Positions 9,526-17,921 of a stretch of DNA of 64,000 nucleotides are shown here, one piece after another (positions within the stretch are counted from its first letter, which is position 1; each line of letters begins with the position of its first letter). Origin of the DNA: Nanobdellota archaeon (lineage in GTDB: Archaea; Nanobdellota; Nanobdellia; Pacearchaeales; GW2011-AR1); the NCBI GenBank assembly GCA_038045765.1, contig JBBSXN010000003.1, positions 94,356 to 158,355 on the forward strand, given 5' to 3'. A program made the translations under genes and the position numbers. The notes below the pieces were generated by a model. The model saw nothing but the letters and a program-made list of their open reading frames with translations. It had not been told where the DNA came from and did no database searches.

Positions 9526-10086
9526 ATGGTTGAATTGAAAGGAAGTTACGGTGTTCAAGGAGGCTTATTCTACAAGCAAGGGCCAATTAATTTTAAAGGA
9601 GAAATAAATTTCTTTGATGACGGTAAGGTTATAGGTTTAGTCGAAAATATGGGTGTTCCTAGCAGAGGTAAAGAATTAATTTTAGGAGTTCATACTAATC
9701 TTCCTCCTTTTGGAAATGCTTTATCTTTTGTGACTCTTCCTTCGGCTAGGCCAGGCTTAGAAGTAGATAATTTAGTCTCTACAGGTTTTTCTCAAGGAGT
9801 CTTTCACGCGATGGGTCCTTCAACTGTCTCTCAAGGAATATCTAACTCATATGGTGGTTTTCATATTAATGAATTAGCCACATTACCAAACGAAGTTGTT
9901 GATAGAATATATGCTAGTAATTCTTCTTTTCATGATTTATCTAGGCTTAGATCTTTGCCAGTTCCAGAGATTGATAAATTTCTAAAAGGTAAAAGAACTC
10001 TTTTTGATGGAGCTAATAATAATCGTTTAGAAAGTATAGCCACATGTAATGGCCATACTGGCTATTTTATGTTAATGAATAAGTAA
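9526..10086 (+). CDS. hypothetical protein
   Basis: 186-aa ORF with balanced composition. No motif recognised. Confidence 0.45.
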   Translation: MVELKGSYGVQGGLFYKQGPINFKGEINFFDDGKVIGLVENMGVPSRGKELILGVHTNLPPFGNALSFVTLPSARPGLEVDNLVSTGFSQGVFHAMGPSTVSQGISNSYGGFHINELATLPNEVVDRIYASNSSFHDLSRLRSLPVPEIDKFLKGKRTLFDGANNNRLESIATCNGHTGYFMLMNK

Positions 10087-10087
10087 T

Positions 10088-10417
10088 ATGCTTAAAAGAA
10101 ATATACTAGATGAACCAATTGATTTGAATGCTAATTTTTATAAGCCTCTTGCAAGAAGACTTGCGACTGTTTTCAGAAATCCTAATGCTTTAGGAGGATT
10201 AGAAGAAATCTTTCCTAATAACGAGCCTATTGTAACAAATAGAGATTTGCTTAGAGTTGTAGGCGTTTTATCTAGAGAAGATTTACTTCCTGAGAGGATA
10301 GATCCAGTTCTTACCCATAAATTTCAAAATCTTCCCTATGTCGGCGCTCATACTGCAAAATTTCTTTCAGAATATGTAGTTGATAATGGATTAGTTAAGT
10401 ATATTCCTGTTAAATAA
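10088..10417 (+). CDS. hypothetical protein
   Basis: 109-aa ORF starting 1 nt after the previous stop (operonic). No motif recognised. Confidence 0.45.
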   Translation: MLKRNILDEPIDLNANFYKPLARRLATVFRNPNALGGLEEIFPNNEPIVTNRDLLRVVGVLSREDLLPERIDPVLTHKFQNLPYVGAHTAKFLSEYVVDNGLVKYIPVK

Positions 10418-10423
10418 TAATAT

Positions 10424-11179
10424 TTATTCTGGTTTGTGATGATGCTCGTATTTTCTAACTAAAGTCTCTAAATGTTTTGCATGAGCATCTTTTAGTCTAT
10501 CAAGAGGAGGAGAGGGTTCTGTAAAAGAAAGAAATGCACCGATCTGGAAGAAATTAGAATACCCTTCTATATTTGCAAAACTTTTACGATAATCAAATAT
10601 AACTGCATGAGGGTCTCCTACATCTTCTGGTCTATTTTCCTGTCTATTCATTACAAAACTTAATTTTCTTAATCTTTCTGAGTCGACTCTTCTGACAAGT
10701 CCATTACGAAAATCTAAAGTACCAGTTGTAAGTCTTTTATATTCTTTAATAGGGTGAGTAGGATTTCCAGGATTCAATAAACCAACTGCTGAAAGTGAAG
10801 TCAAACCTGGAAACCATGAGTCATTATAACCTGTTCCAATTGAAAAATAAGCTTCTGCTTCTATTCCTGTTTTTTTTCTTGGTGTCCAACAGGCATCTAA
10901 ATGAGGATAATCCGGGTAGCTTCCCCTATCTCCAGTTCCACCATTTGGGAGCAATACAACTGCTACTAACTTTTTCCCTTGTAATCCATCAGGCTGATTT
11001 CTAATTTCTACATCTGCCCTTGCAACATAGCCTTTGTCAGATGTCGCTTTTTGAAATCTAAAAGGACCATATTCATAATCTATTCCTAAAGTATTATTTA
11101 TTCCCACTAATTCAGCTCTTAAAATTGTATTTAATACATCTAATTTCAAATCTGCATTTGTTCCAAAATTGCCACTCAT
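10424..11179 (-). CDS. hypothetical protein
   Basis: 251-aa ORF with globular-like composition. No motif recognised. Confidence 0.5.
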   Translation of the reverse strand: MSGNFGTNADLKLDVLNTILRAELVGINNTLGIDYEYGPFRFQKATSDKGYVARADVEIRNQPDGLQGKKLVAVVLLPNGGTGDRGSYPDYPHLDACWTPRKKTGIEAEAYFSIGTGYNDSWFPGLTSLSAVGLLNPGNPTHPIKEYKRLTTGTLDFRNGLVRRVDSERLRKLSFVMNRQENRPEDVGDPHAVIFDYRKSFANIEGYSNFFQIGAFLSFTEPSPPLDRLKDAHAKHLETLVRKYEHHHKPE

Positions 11180-11226
11180 GTTAAATTTCTCAATTTTAAG
11201 GATATATAAAACTAGTGCTTTATCTT

Positions 11227-11553
11227 TTAAGATTGTTCTGGATACTCGTCAATAGACCCTGGAAATCTATATTCTCTTTGATTAGGATTATTTGTTGCTT
11301 TAAGACTGAGCACAAATCCTGCAATCCCGCTTAAAAAAGCAGCAGTATATAATAATCCACTATTTCTTCTTAATGAGTTAGAATATTCATAATCAGTATT
11401 GGCAGCTTCTACTTTTAATTCATGAGGCTTTGCTTGCACCCTTGTTAATTCTCTATCTAGTTTAACAGCATTTCCACCAGTATAAACTGCCAAAGCTCCA
11501 AATGCAACTGCTGCAAGACCCGAATATATTCTATTCATGTCTGTTCTTCTCAT
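11227..11553 (-). CDS. small membrane protein
   Basis: Two predicted hydrophobic helices (GLAAVAFGALAVY; YTAAFLSGIAGFVLSL). Confidence 0.45.
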   Translation of the reverse strand: MRRTDMNRIYSGLAAVAFGALAVYTGGNAVKLDRELTRVQAKPHELKVEAANTDYEYSNSLRRNSGLLYTAAFLSGIAGFVLSLKATNNPNQREYRFPGSIDEYPEQS

Positions 11554-11634
11554 TATTAAGGTATAAAAATGTTTTTACTAAACATTTTCTATCATTAACA
11601 AGATTTAAAAATCATTTATTCTAACCCTTATTGT

Positions 11635-11707
11635 GCCTCAATCGTATAATGGTTCAGTACACATCCCTGTCGCGGATGAGATCCGGGTCCGATTCCCGGT
11701 TGGGGCG
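11635..11707 (+). tRNA. tRNA-Asp (anticodon GUC)
   Basis: Hand-folded cloverleaf. Acceptor GCCTCAA/TTGGGGC; D-stem GTAT/GTAC; anticodon stem CATCC/GGATG with loop CTGTCGC; T-stem CCGGG/CCCGG; discriminator G; no encoded CCA. Forms a GC-rich island in AT-rich DNA. Caveat: the T-loop TCCGATT has C at position 55. Confidence 0.85.
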
Positions 11708-11710
11708 TTT
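11697..11710 (+). repeat. attL core
   Basis: CGGTTGGGGCGTTT, overlapping the T-stem 3' strand, acceptor 3' strand and 3 nt of trailer of tRNA-Asp. Confidence 0.75.
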
Positions 11711-11752
11711 CTACTTTTTGTCTAGTTTGATGGGTGTACATAAAACATACAT

Positions 11753-12934
11753 GTGGCTTATAAGGAAAAAAGAGGTTACATCCCAATGAAAATAGATCCA
11801 TATAAGCATAAAGAAAGATATTTCAAATGGAAAGAAAAGACCAAAGATGGAATTTTAGACATAAGCGAAACTAATTCTAATTTGATTAAACAATATATTT
11901 CTGATATGGAAAAAGGAATTAACATCGCTTCTAAAGCAGTAAAAGGATCAAGAAGTCCTATTCGTCTTAATACATTGATAGGAAGACTAATATTTTTTGC
12001 TACTAAGTTTAAAAATATTTATTCTATTGATAATATTATTGAGATAACTGAAGATCAGCTCATTAGTTTCTTTTCAGACATGATGAATGGTACTATACTA
12101 AAGGTTGATGGACAAAAATATCAGTCCGTAGACACCTATACGAAGATTTTCAAGGCATTTTGGCACTGGCATCAGAAAGTTAATAGAAAGAAAGGAATTG
12201 AGATAAAAGATATTACTGAAGATTTAGATACTAGACAGGAAAAACCAGATTGGGTTTATCTTACTGAAGACCAAGTAAGAAAACTTTGTAATAAAGCCAA
12301 GTTTGAATACAAAGTTCTAATAATGTTCTTGTTTGATACTGGAATTAGAAGTCCTACTGAGTTAGTTAATGTTAAAGTTTCTGATTTGTATAATGATTGT
12401 AAGGAATTGAACATAAGAGAGGAAACTTCTAAGACTTTTGGAAGAAGAATAAAGATTATGCTCTGTTCTCAGCTTTTAAAAGAATATATTGATAATCTTA
12501 ATCTTAAACCAGAAGATTATTTATTTCAAATTAAAGCACCAAGTGTTAATAAATACCTCAAAAGACTTGCTAAGAGTGTTTTAGGAGATGGAGTAAGTCT
12601 TGCAGGTAAGAAATATAGTGATATAACTCTATATGACTTCAGGCATGTTTCTTGTTGCTATTGGTTACCTCGTTATAAGTCAGAATCAGCATTAAAATAT
12701 AGATTTGGATGGAAAAAGTCAGATAAAATCCATTATTATTCTGAGCTTTTGGGTATGAAAGATACAATTTCAGAAGAAGATATATTTCTAGATACTACCA
12801 AAACCGAGCTAGAAAACAATCTTGAAGCCACAAAAAGAGAAAACACACTCTTACAAGAACGTGTAAATAATATGGAAATTCAAATGCAGAAGATTTTAGA
12901 GGTTACTAGTAGGTTGAATGAAAAATTTAATTAA
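11753..12934 (+). CDS. tyrosine recombinase / integrase
   Basis: FDTGIRSPTEL (Arg I), LYDFRHVSCCYWL (H-x-x-R region), GWKKSDKIHYYSE (catalytic Tyr region). The tracked start is GTG; an in-frame ATG lies at 11786. Confidence 0.85.
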   Translation: MAYKEKRGYIPMKIDPYKHKERYFKWKEKTKDGILDISETNSNLIKQYISDMEKGINIASKAVKGSRSPIRLNTLIGRLIFFATKFKNIYSIDNIIEITEDQLISFFSDMMNGTILKVDGQKYQSVDTYTKIFKAFWHWHQKVNRKKGIEIKDITEDLDTRQEKPDWVYLTEDQVRKLCNKAKFEYKVLIMFLFDTGIRSPTELVNVKVSDLYNDCKELNIREETSKTFGRRIKIMLCSQLLKEYIDNLNLKPEDYLFQIKAPSVNKYLKRLAKSVLGDGVSLAGKKYSDITLYDFRHVSCCYWLPRYKSESALKYRFGWKKSDKIHYYSELLGMKDTISEEDIFLDTTKTELENNLEATKRENTLLQERVNNMEIQMQKILEVTSRLNEKFN

Positions 12935-13200
12935 TTCTCATCTTGATTGCCTTTAAAGTTTTCATAAAACCACATTATTGTTGCAGTAGGAATAAAATCT
13001 AATACTGGAGAAAGTTCTTCCACAAAGTCAACAATTGTAAAAAAGACATTTCCATATAGTTTATAGACTAAAATTGCAGATATCGGCGACCACACAAGAT
13101 CAAATATTTCTCCGATGCCTGGGAAGATATATGAAGTCATACCTATCAAATCTATTCCTAAACTGTAGACTAATTTTATGCCTCTTTTTTTCTTTGCCAT
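12931..13200 (-). CDS. small membrane protein
   Basis: 89 aa with two hydrophobic segments. No family recognised. Confidence 0.4.
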   Translation of the reverse strand: MAKKKRGIKLVYSLGIDLIGMTSYIFPGIGEIFDLVWSPISAILVYKLYGNVFFTIVDFVEELSPVLDFIPTATIMWFYENFKGNQDEN

Positions 13201-13205
13201 TATAT

Positions 13206-13829
13206 TTATTTGGAAGGTATCATTTCAATAGCTTTCTGAAGAGCTCTATCTGGTAAATCTGGAAGAATATCTTTGATAGACTTTTGTATACCTGCAAAAT
13301 TCCATTGTTCGTAAAGATTTCCGTTATTTGAAGTTCTACTATGAAAATGTCTATACCATTCAATCTCTTTTAAGGGAATAACTATAAAGAAAGGTTCATG
13401 GTTATGAACAACTACGAGATGTGCCTCTGGCCAGAATTGAAGATATTCCTTAATTTGAGCATATCTAAAACCAAAAAGTGCCGTCTTAGGTTCTCTATGA
13501 TCTATAAATGATCTATATTTAACATCAATTAACAAAATTTGATTAGTCACTTTATTAACTGCAATAAAATCAGGCATTGATCTAATACGCTTGCCTATAT
13601 TATCCTCATTATTACTTTTCAACAACTTTTTCAGCTCATCAATATGGTTTTCCATACCATATTTTATACATTGCCAATTTGGTGTAGAATTAATCAAGAA
13701 TTCTACTATATTCTCAGCCATATTACCCATAGCTTTATTTTCAGCCCAAGCAGTTTCTGAATCTGTCATTTTATATCTCTGCATAATTATGCAAACGTGC
13801 CTTATAATATTATCTGCTTTATTATGCAT
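13206..13829 (-). CDS. PD-(D/E)XK nuclease-fold protein (restriction-endonuclease-like)
   Basis: SMPDFIAVNKVTNQILLIDVKYRS gives the D..(D/E)xK pattern. The real start is probably Met21 (13769), leaving a 62-nt intergenic region with an operator-like palindrome. Confidence 0.55.
   Translation of the reverse strand: MHNKADNIIRHVCIIMQRYKMTDSETAWAENKAMGNMAENIVEFLINSTPNWQCIKYGMENHIDELKKLLKSNNEDNIGKRIRSMPDFIAVNKVTNQILLIDVKYRSFIDHREPKTALFGFRYAQIKEYLQFWPEAHLVVVHNHEPFFIVIPLKEIEWYRHFHSRTSNNGNLYEQWNFAGIQKSIKDILPDLPDRALQKAIEMIPSK
13780..13793. promoter_or_regulatory. 14-bp perfect palindrome TGCATAATTATGCA (candidate operator)
   Basis: Lies between the divergent nuclease-like and wHTH genes. An extra half-site TTATGCA is at 13822-13828. 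Confidence 0.4.
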
Positions 13830-13831
13830 AT

Positions 13832-14050
13832 ATGGTTAGAAAGCCTATAACTGATATTATTGAAAACATAAAGACACTTTTAGAGAAAGAAAGTGAACTA
13901 TCAATAAGACAGATTTCTCTTAAAACTAAATCTCAATGGAGAACGATAGAGAAGGCATTGGAAACTATGAAATCTTTAGGTGTTGTTAAAGAAAGAAAGG
14001 GTAATGAAACTGAAAGGGTCGAGAGATTGTTTTCAATTAATAGAAAATAA
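13832..14050 (+). CDS. small winged-helix DNA-binding protein
   Basis: 72 aa. SIRQISLKTKSQWRTIEKALETMKSLGVVKE has an HTH-plus-wing pattern. Confidence 0.5.
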   Translation: MVRKPITDIIENIKTLLEKESELSIRQISLKTKSQWRTIEKALETMKSLGVVKERKGNETERVERLFSINRK

Positions 14051-14102
14051 GCAAATTAATTCAGATGAAATCTATTAATAAGGATTTAACAAAATGCCTG
14101 CA

Positions 14103-14200
14103 GTATCCAAAAGATACCACTCAAACGGCGATCCTCGTTTGAAGTACGGAGCAATCCGTCTCATCGAGAATTAAACCTTTACCTCTCCCTTCGGGAGGGG
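14103..14200 (+). ncRNA. candidate structured RNA (or rolling-circle single-strand origin)
   Basis: Four consecutive hairpins in a locally GC-enriched stretch: GTATC/GATAC (14103-14117), TCAAACG/CGTTTGA (14121-14142), ACGGA-GCAA-TCCGT with a GNRA loop (14146-14159), and CCTCTCC/GGAGGGG (14182-14200). Confidence 0.3.
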
Positions 14201-14213
14201 TTTTTTATTTTTT
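14182..14213 (+). terminator. hairpin plus T-tract terminator
   Basis: 7-bp GC-rich stem CCTCTCC-CTTCG-GGAGGGG followed by TTTTTTATTTTTT. It abuts the stop codon of the convergent 369-aa gene. Confidence 0.6.
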
Positions 14214-15321
14214 AAAAATTAAGTTCTGTCTGATCAACTGTCTTTTCAGGCGTTTTAAGCTCGTCAGTTTCTTTATTCATAGCTCGTAATATAAATTTTA
14301 ATTCATCTTTTTCAGGTAAGCTTCTATATCTCACTTTAAATATTTTATCTTCATTTTCTCCAATTAGTTCAACTGCTGAATCAAAATTTTGAGTTCTTTC
14401 ATTTTTGAATTTTATTTTTTGAAAACCTTTCATTGCATCCATAATTAAGGTTTTATTAAATTGGAGTCTATCATTACTATTAAATGAGGGTAGGGTGTAC
14501 ATATCCTTCAAATATTTAACTAAATCACTTAGTTTTACTTCAAATACGTGCTCTTTCTTATCTTTCCATTCTATTATTTTCTCAATATCTCCTTTATTTA
14601 TAAGTTCTGGGAAAATTTCAGTCCACATAAGCACCATGATATATTCTATAGGAGTTTTGTCAGCTTCCTCGTATATCTTAAACTTTCCTAAATCTTCTTT
14701 TAACTCACTAGACATTTTTTTATAGCCAATTTTGAGTAATTCAGTAATAGAAGAATCGGATAACTCTCCTTTTTCTAAATCAAGCATTATAAATTCAGTC
14801 TGGGCACCGTTAGTTATTGAATATGTTATTAACGCGAATTTATTATTAAACATTTTAATTCCCTCTTTCTCCTTTTTTTCAAGATATTTTACTTTAAGAT
14901 AGCCTACTGCTTCAATATCTCTTTTAGGTAGCATTAAAATTAAATCATGTTCAATTGAATCAATTTCTTTAAAACTATTATCATAACTTTTTAGTTGATT
15001 TATTATTCTAGACTCTATATAATCTTTAATATAATCTTTGTTTTTTGGAAAGTTTTCTGGTTTACATAAAGATTTCTTAATTTCTCCTACCCAAAAACCA
15101 TTAGGTAATTTAACAAGAATATCTGGAGTTAAAGTTTTGTTAGATTCTTTCAAATTTAAATTTGCTCCAAAATAAAATGTCCCATTAGCTTTCTCCATTA
15201 CAAATCTTCTAAAACAGAGAAGCGATTTTAGAGCAGTTATATAGTTAGATATTTCTACCATTTTTTTACTTATCATTTCACTAGATTCAGCTTTGTTTTC
15301 CATCAATAACCTCCCCATCAT
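14212..15321 (-). CDS. uncharacterised protein with N-terminal PD-(D/E)XK-like motif (last gene of the R-M-linked operon)
   Basis: TPDILVKLPNGFWVGEIKKS gives D..ExK. The remainder has no recognisable motif. Overlaps the upstream gene by 35 nt. Confidence 0.55.
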   Translation of the reverse strand: MMGRLLMENKAESSEMISKKMVEISNYITALKSLLCFRRFVMEKANGTFYFGANLNLKESNKTLTPDILVKLPNGFWVGEIKKSLCKPENFPKNKDYIKDYIESRIINQLKSYDNSFKEIDSIEHDLILMLPKRDIEAVGYLKVKYLEKKEKEGIKMFNNKFALITYSITNGAQTEFIMLDLEKGELSDSSITELLKIGYKKMSSELKEDLGKFKIYEEADKTPIEYIMVLMWTEIFPELINKGDIEKIIEWKDKKEHVFEVKLSDLVKYLKDMYTLPSFNSNDRLQFNKTLIMDAMKGFQKIKFKNERTQNFDSAVELIGENEDKIFKVRYRSLPEKDELKFILRAMNKETDELKTPEKTVDQTELNF

Positions 15322-16354
15322 AATTTCTCATAAGAAAATTTACTAATCCGTTAAAAGACAAGGAAGTAACTTGAGTCTGAGGAATAACTATTATCTCTGA
15401 AGAAGAAGTAATAAGTAGTTCGTAACTAGATCCAGCATTATAATCATGTATTAGCATAAATAGATGTATTCCCTCCTTAAAGAGTATCGAATAACCCCAG
15501 TTATTAAGTGTTTTGTGTATAGAATTAATAAACTGATCTATGTCTTCTGGTTGTCGAAATACCTCTTCATCCATAACAAATTTAATAGGTTTTGGCTCTA
15601 AGCTAGTTAGATTTCTAGACCTCTCTTTTAATATATCTTCATAAAATTTACTATATTTAGAGATAATCTTTTCTAGAAACAATTTTTCTATTGTAGAATA
15701 TAACAAAGACCCATATTGAATAATTCCCTTTCTATTTATTCTTACACTGCCGGAATTACCTCTTTCACTTATAGATAATTGTATTCCATCTACCCATAAA
15801 AAGTTTTCATTAGCTTTATTAAATAGTTCCTTATAAGTTATATTTTCCCATGCTAAATCAATTTTCTTTTTTACATAATATCTTTTTAAAACGTAACTTT
15901 TTACGGCTATTTCTGCTTTGTCTTCATTTTCAATTTTCTCAAGTATTTCCTTAATTTCAAAAGACCTTAAATATATTCTAGACAATATGGGGGAATATCT
16001 ATTTAAAAGAGATAAAATCTTATTGAAACCATCTTTATCTATATTGGTAATTAAGACTACAAACGGGGCATTTTTAGCAATTAGTAAATAATTTTTAATT
16101 TTATCTTTTACTTTTTCATCATGATTTTCTAATATTATCTTTAGAAGCTTAACTTCATCATTTTCATATTCTGTTAAGAAATTTATGCCTTCAATATCGA
16201 TAGGTTTTAATTTTTCAAGCAATTCATATAATGGCTTACGATTATCATATAAGAAAACTAGCGATCTTAATGGTTTATTGGGTAGAGGTTTAATACTATC
16301 TAATATTTTAAAAACTTCTCCTTCTTTAGTGAAATGAAATATCTTATAATCCAT
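15287..16354 (-). CDS. uncharacterised protein (fourth gene of the R-M-linked operon)
   Basis: 355-aa ORF starting 24 nt downstream of the DUF2779-like gene. No motif recognised. Confidence 0.55.
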   Translation of the reverse strand: MDYKIFHFTKEGEVFKILDSIKPLPNKPLRSLVFLYDNRKPLYELLEKLKPIDIEGINFLTEYENDEVKLLKIILENHDEKVKDKIKNYLLIAKNAPFVVLITNIDKDGFNKILSLLNRYSPILSRIYLRSFEIKEILEKIENEDKAEIAVKSYVLKRYYVKKKIDLAWENITYKELFNKANENFLWVDGIQLSISERGNSGSVRINRKGIIQYGSLLYSTIEKLFLEKIISKYSKFYEDILKERSRNLTSLEPKPIKFVMDEEVFRQPEDIDQFINSIHKTLNNWGYSILFKEGIHLFMLIHDYNAGSSYELLITSSSEIIVIPQTQVTSLSFNGLVNFLMRNYDGEVIDGKQS

Positions 16355-16378
16355 ATTTTTACTTGATAAACTACCTTT

Positions 16379-17917
16379 TTAACTTTTTATAATCTTGTTT
16401 AGTCTCTCCAATATCCACACCATCCCTTCAGTATCTTGTCCACAATACTTCTCTAAATCTGTCCTAACTTTCTTAATTTCTCGGGGTGTTGCCTTTTTTC
16501 CATCAAAAGAACCATGAGTAATAAAAAGATATTCAAGAGAAGCTTCAGTTCCATTACCTATTTCCATATCTCCATATCCTTTACCAGTAAGTGCTGGTAA
16601 AACTTCCTTTAATGATGCTGAACCTTTCTGTATAGGATTATAGTAAGCAAAATTTTTGAATGGATCATATAAATCAAGTATTCTCTCAAAAATAGATTCT
16701 ACCCAAGAAGCATTCTCTGGAAAGAATTCTGCTATTTCTTTTAATCTACTCTTTTCAAAAGGTTGATAGTATGCAAGAATAGTTCCTTCTTTGCCTAATG
16801 CTTTCTTAAGCTCTTTGGTAAACTCTGGTCTTGGGTCATCGCTTCCAAATGCAATAAATGAATGATGTTTGGGTTTAGTTCCTTTCTTTTCTATAACATG
16901 AACTGAGAATTGGAAAGGAAGGGCTTGGTAAGGCTTTAATTTGTCATATAAAGGTATTGCTGTTGCATATGTCTCAAAATCCATAAAATATAGAGGATAC
17001 TTTAAACTTTGAATGAATTCTTTTAGTTCATCCTTATTATGGTATGTTTTTCCAGTTTTAGTTGCATCATATTGTATTTTTTGTTGTTTTTTCTGAGCTC
17101 TTGTAGTAAAATTATTTTCACCCATATCTTTAATAGACAAAATACCTTCATTGAATAATTCTATTGCTTTCTTTCCACCATAATATAAATCAAATATATT
17201 ACATTCAGGATTTTCTTTCCAAAATGTATCGTTTTTATGAATTTCTTCAAAATTCTTCTTATAATATTCCTCTTTTCCTAAACAACAAGAATCTCCTACT
17301 TTTATCTCAGGGCATTTTTTTAGATTTATTATTTTGAATAGCTTTTCTATATTTTCAGGAACATTTTTTATCTCATCTTCAACTTTATCTGTTACTGAGG
17401 CTATAACAAAGAATTCTTTAGCTTTTATCTTTCCTTGTTTAACATATTCATTGTTTATATGTACAACAAAACAATTTCTCACTTTTAACCCAGCCGATTC
17501 ATAACAATATCTTTGAAATGCAATATCCAAAATATACTCTTCCTTAACTTTAGTTGCACTTTTAACTTCATAAATATCCCATTCATCTTTTCCAACAGGA
17601 ACTAAAATATCTGCTCTCGCATAACATTTACCATCTTTATGAATAAAACCAGCTTCAAATATTGGTTTTCTTTTTTTTAGTAATTCCCTAGTCTCTTTAT
17701 CATTCTCTTTATGGTTTAATTGCTCTTTTACTTCAATTCCATCGGGAAAAAGAGTCTTGGATAATTCTCCAATTCTATGTCCTTCATCAAATCTATGTTG
17801 CATAGCATCATCAACTTTAGGAAGTTCTGAAGGATTATTGAATGCTAACCAGATGTATTTCTTGCATTCTAATCCAGATATATACTTGGATTTTGTGAGA
17901 TAGGTTTGATATTTCAT
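16379..17917 (-). CDS. DUF2779-like protein: Cas4/RecB-type PD-(D/E)XK nuclease domain plus C-terminal DFET..PFQFS domain
   Basis: RADILVPVGKDEWDIYEVKS (D..ExK), DIAFQRYCYE (QxxxY), Cys residues at GLECKKY and KKCPEIKVGDSCC, then YFMDFETYATAIPLYDKLKPYQALPFQFSVH as I recall for DUF2779. Confidence 0.65.
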   Translation of the reverse strand: MKYQTYLTKSKYISGLECKKYIWLAFNNPSELPKVDDAMQHRFDEGHRIGELSKTLFPDGIEVKEQLNHKENDKETRELLKKRKPIFEAGFIHKDGKCYARADILVPVGKDEWDIYEVKSATKVKEEYILDIAFQRYCYESAGLKVRNCFVVHINNEYVKQGKIKAKEFFVIASVTDKVEDEIKNVPENIEKLFKIINLKKCPEIKVGDSCCLGKEEYYKKNFEEIHKNDTFWKENPECNIFDLYYGGKKAIELFNEGILSIKDMGENNFTTRAQKKQQKIQYDATKTGKTYHNKDELKEFIQSLKYPLYFMDFETYATAIPLYDKLKPYQALPFQFSVHVIEKKGTKPKHHSFIAFGSDDPRPEFTKELKKALGKEGTILAYYQPFEKSRLKEIAEFFPENASWVESIFERILDLYDPFKNFAYYNPIQKGSASLKEVLPALTGKGYGDMEIGNGTEASLEYLFITHGSFDGKKATPREIKKVRTDLEKYCGQDTEGMVWILERLNKIIKS

Positions 17918-17921
17918 TGAA

